From Eubacteriales bacterium mix99 (GTDB lineage: Bacteria > Bacillota > Clostridia > Caldicoprobacterales > DTU083): a DNA stretch of 24,000 bases. Shown in pieces: positions 17,860 through 24,000 of this stretch. How positions within the stretch are numbered: the first letter of the stretch is position 1; every line of letters starts with the position of its first letter. The position numbers and the translations under genes were made by a program. The notes beneath the pieces are model-generated. The model saw nothing but the letters and a program-made list of their open reading frames with translations, had not been told where the DNA came from and did not search any database. The stretch is from positions 2,484,356 to 2,508,355 of the forward strand of contig CP121690.1 of the NCBI GenBank assembly GCA_038396605.1. Reading direction: 5' to 3'.

Positions 17860-18666
17860 ATGAAGGAAAAAATCACTGTACTGATTGCGGATGACAACAA
17901 GGACTTTTGCGATATCATCAACCAATATCTGAGTAAGCAGGAAGACATGGATGTAGTAGGGATTGCAAATGATGGTATGGAAGCATTGGACTTATTTTAT
18001 AAAACGCAGCCGGATGTTATTGTACTGGATATTATCATGCCTCATTTGGATGGGCTGGGTGTGTTGGAGAAGCTGAATGAAGATAACCTGGAAAAATTCC
18101 CGAAAGTAATCATACTGTCTGCCGTGGGTCAGGATAAAATCACACAGAGAGCCATTACTCTGGGTGCAGATTACTATATCGTAAAGCCATTTGATCTGGA
18201 GGTATTCGTCCAGCGTATTCGCGAACTAACCATGACGGAAGATATGGATGCCATCCGGTTTCCGTCCGTTTCCACTTCTCCTGATTCCACTGTTTCAGAT
18301 GCTGGCAGGGAACGGAACCTGGAAGTGGAGATTACGAATATCATTCATGAGATCGGGGTTCCGGCTCATATCAAGGGATATCAATATCTGCGGGAAGCCA
18401 TCACCATGGTGGTCAATGATATTGATCTTTTGGGGAGCATTACAAAAAAGCTTTATCCGGGAATCGCCCAGAAGTTCAATACTACTCCCAGCAGAGTGGA
18501 GAGAGCCATTCGTCATGCCATTGAAGTGGCCTGGAGCCGGGGCAGGGTGGATACCATAAACAAGCTTTTTGGATATACGGTGCAGGATGATAAAGGAAAG
18601 CCGACGAACGGAGAGTTTATTGCCATGGTGGCTGACAAACTCAGAATGCAAATCAGGACGGTCTGA
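17860..18666 (+). CDS. spo0A: Sporulation transcription factor Spo0A
   Basis: Receiver domain with [16 protein letters not shown]-binding domain [19 protein letters not shown]...[21 protein letters not shown]. Confidence 0.98.
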   Translation: MKEKITVLIADDNKDFCDIINQYLSKQEDMDVVGIANDGMEALDLFYKTQPDVIVLDIIMPHLDGLGVLEKLNEDNLEKFPKVIILSAVGQDKITQRAITLGADYYIVKPFDLEVFVQRIRELTMTEDMDAIRFPSVSTSPDSTVSDAGRERNLEVEITNIIHEIGVPAHIKGYQYLREAITMVVNDIDLLGSITKKLYPGIAQKFNTTPSRVERAIRHAIEVAWSRGRVDTINKLFGYTVQDDKGKPTNGEFIAMVADKLRMQIRTV

Positions 18667-18702
18667 TAAGAATACATTACCAGTGAAACAGGAAAAACAG
18701 TA

Positions 18703-18732
18703 AGGGGTTGTCCGGGGGGACAATCCCTTTTT
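18703..18732 (+). terminator. Intrinsic terminator downstream of spo0A
   Basis: AGGGGTTGTCC-GGGG-GGACAATCCCT followed by TTTT: 11-bp stem with one G-U pair, 4-nt loop, T tract. Confidence 0.85.
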
Positions 18733-18793
18733 ATTGTGCATAAATTGTAAGGAATTGTTAAGACTATGAATACTTCATTGAGGAGCGTAAGGA

Positions 18794-19912
18794 ATGATTA
18801 GTGGTACTGCCAGAAAGGACAGAAAAACAAAGAATCTGATCCATCGGTTGCATGCAGATGACATTGCGGTGATTCTTCACCGGGATCTAGATGAAGTGGC
18901 TGCCACCCATCTTGTGGAACGAAAAGTCAAGGCAGTGATCAACTGTGAGAAATCCATCAGTGGGAAATTTCCCAATCAGGGACCCAAAATTTTAAGTGAT
19001 GCAGGCATTCCTCTGGTTGATGATATGGGACAACGGATTTTTGACCAAATACAGGATAATGATTGGATTGAGTTGAAGAACCGGACACTTTTTCTGAATG
19101 AAAAGCCATTGTGCCCCGCCACAATCCTGATGAAGAAAGAAATCCAGGAAAAAATGGAAGCTGCTTCAGATAATATACAGAATGTTTTACATGATTTTAT
19201 TGACAATACCCTGCATTATGCGGAAAAAGAAAAAGATATTGTTCTGTCCCCGGTAAATATGCCTTCTGTCAACATCCCCATAAAGGGACACCATGTATTG
19301 ATCGTCACGAGAGGGAAAAACTATAAGGAAGATCTGAAGGCCATCCGATCGTACATAGATGAAGTGAAGCCTGTTCGGATCGGAGTGGACGGCGGAGCAG
19401 ATGCCCTGCTGGAATTTGGGTACCAGCCGGATATTATCGTCGGGGATATGGACAGCGTAAGTGATTCTTCCCTGTATCAGTGCAGGGAAATCATTGTTCA
19501 TGCCTATCCGGACGGTCAGGCGCCCGGCATGGAACGAATACGTAAACTGGGGCTGTCTGCCAGGGTATTTCCTTATCCCGGTACCAGTGAGGACGTTGCC
19601 CTGATTCTTGCACACGAGAACAAGGCGGAACTTATTGTTACGGTGGGCAGCCATACCAATATGATCGATTTCCTGGAGAAAGGGAGGAGAGGAATGGCCA
19701 GCACCTTTCTGGTGAGAATGAAAGTAGGTTACAATGTGATTGACGCCAAAGGGGTCAGTGAATTGTACAGAAATCAGTTCAAGCCTGCCTATCTGATGGC
19801 GTTGTTTCTGGCTGTCATGCTTCCCATCTCCATGGTGGCGAGAATGTCTCCCCTGATGCAGGAGCTTTATCAGCTGATTACGCTGCGCCTGAAAATTCTT
19901 GTGGGCTTGTAG
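18794..19912 (+). CDS. steA: SteA-like putative cytokinetic ring protein (thiamin pyrophosphokinase-like fold, C-terminal TM)
   Basis: VKAVINCEKSISGKFPNQGPKIL...RIGVDGGADALLEFGYQPDIIVGDMDSVSD...PYPGTSEDVALILAHENKAELIVTVGSHTNMIDFLEKGRRGMASTFLVRMKVG, C-terminal hydrophobic segment. Confidence 0.85.
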   Translation: MISGTARKDRKTKNLIHRLHADDIAVILHRDLDEVAATHLVERKVKAVINCEKSISGKFPNQGPKILSDAGIPLVDDMGQRIFDQIQDNDWIELKNRTLFLNEKPLCPATILMKKEIQEKMEAASDNIQNVLHDFIDNTLHYAEKEKDIVLSPVNMPSVNIPIKGHHVLIVTRGKNYKEDLKAIRSYIDEVKPVRIGVDGGADALLEFGYQPDIIVGDMDSVSDSSLYQCREIIVHAYPDGQAPGMERIRKLGLSARVFPYPGTSEDVALILAHENKAELIVTVGSHTNMIDFLEKGRRGMASTFLVRMKVGYNVIDAKGVSELYRNQFKPAYLMALFLAVMLPISMVARMSPLMQELYQLITLRLKILVGL

Positions 19913-19924
19913 GTGAGGATCCAT

Positions 19925-20815
19925 ATGAATGCAAAGTACTACGCTTTCCTGATGGTTGGAATATTTCTTGCCATTGGACTGGGAATGATGATTGGAATGA
20001 CCCTGGAAGACAAAAATATTGTTGAAGATCAGCAGACACAAATGATTCAGCAAATTGAGGATCATTTTACCCGTCTGCGGACGGAAACGGAACAACTGCA
20101 GAAAAGTATGAGCTCCATGGAAGAACAAAACAACCAGCTTTATGAACTTTCCAGTACCCTGATGACGGAAATCGTCCGGAACAAGTTGTCCGGAGTACAG
20201 GTTGGCGTGATCAGTTTTGCCGGCGAGACGCAAAAGAAAGACATTGGCGAACTGTGTGATTTTTTGCAGCAAACCGGTGCAACGGTTCAGTCCACCATTG
20301 TCCGCTTTCCATCCTCGGACTGGGATCGGACCGCCTCTGCAGGGAAATCTCCTGAGGAGGATTCTACCATATCGGCAGTGATTGAAAGCCTGGTCTTCAC
20401 CATGCGTTTTGGCGGTGTGTCGCCTCTGATTCAGGAGGTTGAGGATTTACAGATGATTTCCCATACCGGTGGATATGATGTTCCGATTGATAAAATTCTG
20501 CTGATTGGGCAGGGAAGTTCCGGGGTGGTCTGTGACAGGCTGCTGATCCGGCATGCTTCAAAAGCCGGCATTCCTGTTATCGCTGTGGAGTTGGGGGACC
20601 GGAAGGACAGTGGAATTGGTGAATATAAGAAACTTGGGATCTCCTCTGTGGATCATGTTGAAACGATTTATGGAAAACTGGCGATGGCCTCCCTGCTGGC
20701 CGGTAACCAGGGAAATTTCGGATATGGAGCGGAATCGCAGATGCAGCTGCCAAATCCTTTGTTTCCGGAAACAGACAAAGGTTCTGTTGCAACAAATGGG
20801 GAAAAGGCACAATGA
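19925..20815 (+). CDS. steB: SteB/MctB-like ('copper transporter' family) membrane-anchored coiled-coil protein
   Basis: N-terminal TM FLMVGIFLAIGLGMMIG followed by a coiled coil, directly downstream of steA. ATG 19925 preferred over GTG 19913; RBS AGGTGAGG. Confidence 0.78.
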   Translation: MNAKYYAFLMVGIFLAIGLGMMIGMTLEDKNIVEDQQTQMIQQIEDHFTRLRTETEQLQKSMSSMEEQNNQLYELSSTLMTEIVRNKLSGVQVGVISFAGETQKKDIGELCDFLQQTGATVQSTIVRFPSSDWDRTASAGKSPEEDSTISAVIESLVFTMRFGGVSPLIQEVEDLQMISHTGGYDVPIDKILLIGQGSSGVVCDRLLIRHASKAGIPVIAVELGDRKDSGIGEYKKLGISSVDHVETIYGKLAMASLLAGNQGNFGYGAESQMQLPNPLFPETDKGSVATNGEKAQ

Positions 20816-21525
20816 GTAAAAACGGGCAGGATATCGGAGTTGTGATCCCCGCTTTCAACGAAGAACGAACAATCGATAAAACCATAAAAGCTCTGAAACA
20901 GGTCGCCTGTATTGACCGGATTCTCGTCGTGGATGACGGATCTTCCGATTCCACAGCCGAATTGGCTTCTGAGAGCGGGGCAGAAGTGCTGAAGCTTCCG
21001 CAGAACAGTGGGAAGGGTCATGCCATGAAAATGGGCTATGAGGCTCTGCCGTGCTCTGTATTGATTTTTCTGGATGCTGACCTTGGGGAAACAGCAGCGG
21101 AAGCCATCCGGTTAATCGATCCGATCTGCGGGGGAAATGCGGAAGCAACCATTTCCCGTTTTCCTATGACTCCCGGGAAAGGCGGTTTTGGTTTTGTGAA
21201 AAGGCTTTCTTCCCGGGGACTGTTCTTTCTTACCGGTCAGACCTCTTCCAGTGTTCTTTCCGGCCAACGGGGGTTTTTACGTAAAATTCTTTCAGAGGAA
21301 AGCTTCCGATATTCCGGTTTTGGGATTGAGTTTGGTATGACAGTGGATCTACTTTGGAAGAATAGAAAGATACGGGAGGTGGATGTTGCAATGGAGCATC
21401 GGACAACGGGCAGGGACTTCGGAGGATTTTTGCATCGGGCCCGTCAATTTATGGATATTGCAATAGTCATTGTGAGGAAAGCAGTGGAAAAATCCAGCGC
21501 CCTGCCAAAGGGTAATGATATATGA
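20812..21525 (+). CDS. Family 2 glycosyltransferase
   Basis: VVIPAFNEERTIDKTIKALKQV...ILVVDDGSSDSTAELA, LIFLDADLG, GQRGFLR; ATGA overlap with steB. Confidence 0.92.
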   Translation: MSKNGQDIGVVIPAFNEERTIDKTIKALKQVACIDRILVVDDGSSDSTAELASESGAEVLKLPQNSGKGHAMKMGYEALPCSVLIFLDADLGETAAEAIRLIDPICGGNAEATISRFPMTPGKGGFGFVKRLSSRGLFFLTGQTSSSVLSGQRGFLRKILSEESFRYSGFGIEFGMTVDLLWKNRKIREVDVAMEHRTTGRDFGGFLHRARQFMDIAIVIVRKAVEKSSALPKGNDI

Positions 21526-22366
21526 GAAGAATCCGATTATGAATCCATCCACAATCCTTCTTTCGATCATCGTATCCGTTGCCTCCTTTTTTCTCTTCCG
21601 CAACAGGGTTCTTGCTTTTCTGGATGAAAAGAATCTGTCCGTCCAAAACTATTCCGGCAGAAAAGTGCGGACCGGAGGAGGCCTGCTTCTTCTATTTCCG
21701 GTCTTGCTTGCTGCCGTTCCGTCATTGTTTGTCACAAGACAGGCAGACGTTGTTTTTTATATCCTGATGATTCTCTGCCTGGCATTTTGCGGACTTCTGG
21801 ATGATGTTCTGGGGGATTCCACATCCAGGGGCCTGTCCGGACATATTGGAAAATTTTTAAAAGGCGGATTGTCCACCGGATGGATCAAGGCTTTTACCGG
21901 AGGGCTGATCGGAATACTTCTGGCATGGTACCGGTATCGAAATTTTCCTCTCTTTCTTTTGGATTCCCTGAGTTTTGCATTATGTGTCAATCTGGTCAAT
22001 CTTTTTGATCTGCGTCCCGGCAGGGCCATCAAGGGACTTCTGTTTGCCCTGGTACCCGTCATGCTCTTTGCCGGCTTCCGGGAAGTGTGGTCTGTCCTGC
22101 CTGTCCTTGTCCTTCTGATGTTCTATCTGGAGGGGGAAATGGAGGAGGCCTACATGCTGGGGGATACAGGCGCCAACCTTCTGGGCGGTATTCTTGGATT
22201 TTACGAAGTAATCGGGCTGCCCGTAAAGGGTAAAATCATTCTTACAATTTTTCTGGTTGCCCTTCATGTCCTGGCTGAATTTCAGTCGTTCTCCAAATGG
22301 ATTGATGCGGTGCCGATCCTCAGGGCAATCGACAGGCTGGGCCGGAAAAAGGGAAGCGAAAGATAG
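21515..22366 (+). CDS. MraY/WecA-like (GT4) phospho-glycosyltransferase homolog, function unassigned
   Basis: Polytopic membrane protein with GLLDDVLGDSTSRGLSGHIGKFLKGGLSTGWIKA, NLVNLFDLRPGRAIK and MLGDTGANLLGGILGF. ATG 21539 (MNPSTILLS) is an alternative start. Confidence 0.82.
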   Translation: MIYEKNPIMNPSTILLSIIVSVASFFLFRNRVLAFLDEKNLSVQNYSGRKVRTGGGLLLLFPVLLAAVPSLFVTRQADVVFYILMILCLAFCGLLDDVLGDSTSRGLSGHIGKFLKGGLSTGWIKAFTGGLIGILLAWYRYRNFPLFLLDSLSFALCVNLVNLFDLRPGRAIKGLLFALVPVMLFAGFREVWSVLPVLVLLMFYLEGEMEEAYMLGDTGANLLGGILGFYEVIGLPVKGKIILTIFLVALHVLAEFQSFSKWIDAVPILRAIDRLGRKKGSER

Positions 22367-22375
22367 GTGGGAAGC

Positions 22376-23467
22376 ATGCTGGAAATGCAAATGGGAAGAG
22401 CCATACAGATTCTTTCCAGGCGGAATGGAATAACGGAAGTACTGCTGGAAACAGATCATCCAGTCCGGAAAGCGATCAATTACGATCGGATGACCGGAAA
22501 GGTTTCCGTCGGGGATATGCTTTATCTCAATACGACGGCAGCTTCCCTGGGACTGGGCACCGGGGGCTTCCATTTTGTCATGCTGAATGCCTCGCATGAA
22601 AAACTCTCCATGACGTCGGGAGGACATGGAATGAAATTACGATACACCCCGTTTCAGGTCAAGGTACCATTTGAGGAAGAAGAAAACAAGGGAGTAGAAG
22701 AATGTTTCAATCGTCCGCTGAATCTGAACAACAGATTGCTGTTCTTTGGCGAGCTTCACAGTATGATACCGCCGCTTTGTGCCTGCATCCGTTACTTTTT
22801 GGGGGAAAAATGCCGGATTGCCTATCTTATGACCGATCACGGTGCACTGCCTTTGGAGTTCAGCAAAAATGTTGCCTTCCTGAGGGAAAAAAAGATGCTG
22901 GATACGGTCATAACGATCGGCAATGCCTTTGGCGGAGATCATGAATGTGTCAATATCTATACAGGCCTGCAGGCGGCGGCTTATTTGGAAGGCTGTGATA
23001 TTATCCTGGTGGCCATGGGGCCGGGAATTACCGGCACCGGGACCCGATATGGATTTTCCGGCCTGGAGATGGGCTTTTACCTGGATCTGGCATATCGCCG
23101 GGGAGGACAATGCTGTTACATTCCCCGCATCAGCTTTGCCGACAGGAGGAGCCGACATTATGGACTGAGCCACCATTCCCGGACCCTGCTTGGTGAAATT
23201 TTGCAGTCACCTATTTCTCTTGTCCTGCCGATTGTAAGGCGAAGGGAGCAGAAATATCTTCTTGAGCAACTCAATCATGCGAATCTTTCCGGCAAATATC
23301 CGATGATCCTGTCCGATGGCAGCTATATCCGCACTGCCATGGATGCTTATCAGCTTTCCGTCACCACCATGGGAAGAAATATCGAGCAGGATCCGGCTTT
23401 CTTTTATGCAATCGGCGCTGCGGCACGGACAGGATTATCTCAGTTCCATCAAAGGGACGGGTTATAA
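22376..23467 (+). CDS. DUF3866 family protein
   Basis: LNTTAASLGLGTGGFHFVMLN, GHGMKLRYTPFQ, GPGITGTGTRYGFSG..., ISFADRRSRHYGLSHHSRT. ATG 22376 preferred (RBS AGGTGGG). Confidence 0.8.
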   Translation: MLEMQMGRAIQILSRRNGITEVLLETDHPVRKAINYDRMTGKVSVGDMLYLNTTAASLGLGTGGFHFVMLNASHEKLSMTSGGHGMKLRYTPFQVKVPFEEEENKGVEECFNRPLNLNNRLLFFGELHSMIPPLCACIRYFLGEKCRIAYLMTDHGALPLEFSKNVAFLREKKMLDTVITIGNAFGGDHECVNIYTGLQAAAYLEGCDIILVAMGPGITGTGTRYGFSGLEMGFYLDLAYRRGGQCCYIPRISFADRRSRHYGLSHHSRTLLGEILQSPISLVLPIVRRREQKYLLEQLNHANLSGKYPMILSDGSYIRTAMDAYQLSVTTMGRNIEQDPAFFYAIGAAARTGLSQFHQRDGL

Positions 23468-23527
23468 ACCGGGCTTGTCTGACATAAGAATATGCTATGA
23501 GACGAAACCATTCGGGGGGTGTCGGGT

Positions 23528-24000
23528 ATGTTCAGACGATTGGGAACGGATATCATCCAGCATATCCGAAAGAACATTGCTCTGTATCTGATTATTTTAT
23601 TTGCCATGCTGACCGGCGTCCTTTCCGGCTTTTTTACAGCAGGGGCAGTGGATGCTGTACAACGATCTGCCCTGATGGATTATCTGAAAGATTTTTTTCA
23701 AAATCTGGAGCAGGAAGGCATTCATCGGAACTCTGTTTTCCTGGAATCCTTATGGCAAAATCTTCAGTGCACCTTTTTCATCTGGCTCTCCGGTCTTTTT
23801 CGCTTTGGGATCCCATTCATTTTGCTTTTTGTTGGAATGCGCAGTTTTGTGATCGGCTTTACCTCAGGATTCCTGGTCGGTCAATATCATTTTGGAGGAT
23901 TCCTGTTTACCCTGCTCTGCATCCTTCCGCAAACCCTGCTCTATATTCTGTGTGTTTTTGGTATTGGAGTCCTGGCATTGGAGCATTCCGTTGACAAGCT
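23528..24000 (+). CDS. spoIIM: Stage II sporulation protein M, 3' end truncated by the window
   Basis: Hand translation from ATG 23528: MFRRLGTDIIQHIRKNIALYLIILFAMLTGVLSGFFTAGAVDAVQRSALMDYLKDFFQ...FIWLSGLFRFGIPFILLFVGMRSFVIGFTSGFLVGQYHFGGFLFTLLCILPQTLLYILCVFGIGVLALE. No stop before the edge, so it is missing from the ORF track. Confidence 0.9.
   Translation, partial: MFRRLGTDIIQHIRKNIALYLIILFAMLTGVLSGFFTAGAVDAVQRSALMDYLKDFFQNLEQEGIHRNSVFLESLWQNLQCTFFIWLSGLFRFGIPFILLFVGMRSFVIGFTSGFLVGQYHFGGFLFTLLCILPQTLLYILCVFGIGVLALEHSVDK

Noticed and set aside
19187-20272. Long antisense ORF (361 aa)
   Set aside because: Lies opposite the well-supported steA and steB genes, has low-complexity His/Gln-rich composition typical of a shadow ORF, and has no recognisable domain.
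23497-23994. Track ORF of 165 aa at the right edge
   Set aside because: Wrong frame. The frame starting at ATG 23528 encodes SpoIIM; this ORF's translation is Cys/Ser/Phe-rich noise over it.
1-24000. CRISPR arrays, tandem repeats, transposons, rRNA/tRNA genes, toxin-antitoxin or defence systems
   Set aside because: None seen on reading through. The window is almost fully occupied by recognisable housekeeping and sporulation genes, with short intergenic gaps.

Overview
This window looks like an ordinary, densely packed chromosomal region of an endospore-forming Firmicute (Clostridia-like gene order). I find no mobile element, CRISPR array, RNA gene or defence-like module. All confident genes are on the + strand: spoIIIAA (5'-truncated)-AB-AC-AD-AE-AF-AG-AH; Asp23 family-amaP-DUF2273-nusB-TsaD/Kae1-like paralog-xseA-xseB-ispA; dxs-tlyA-like-nadK-argR-recN-spoIVB; spo0A; then steA-like-steB/MctB-like-GT2-MraY/WecA-like-DUF3866-spoIIM (3'-truncated, absent from the supplied ORF track because it has no stop in the window). 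Regulatory features readable from sequence: extended -10 SigA-type promoters before the Asp23 gene and before dxs, a SigH-like promoter overlapping a perfect 0A box upstream of spo0A, an intrinsic terminator after spo0A, and a strong non-terminator hairpin between the Asp23-family gene and amaP. The least understood parts are the steAB/GT2/MraY-like/DUF3866/spoIIM cluster at the right end and the TsaD-like paralog next to xseA. Neither amounts to a convincing new system from this sequence alone.
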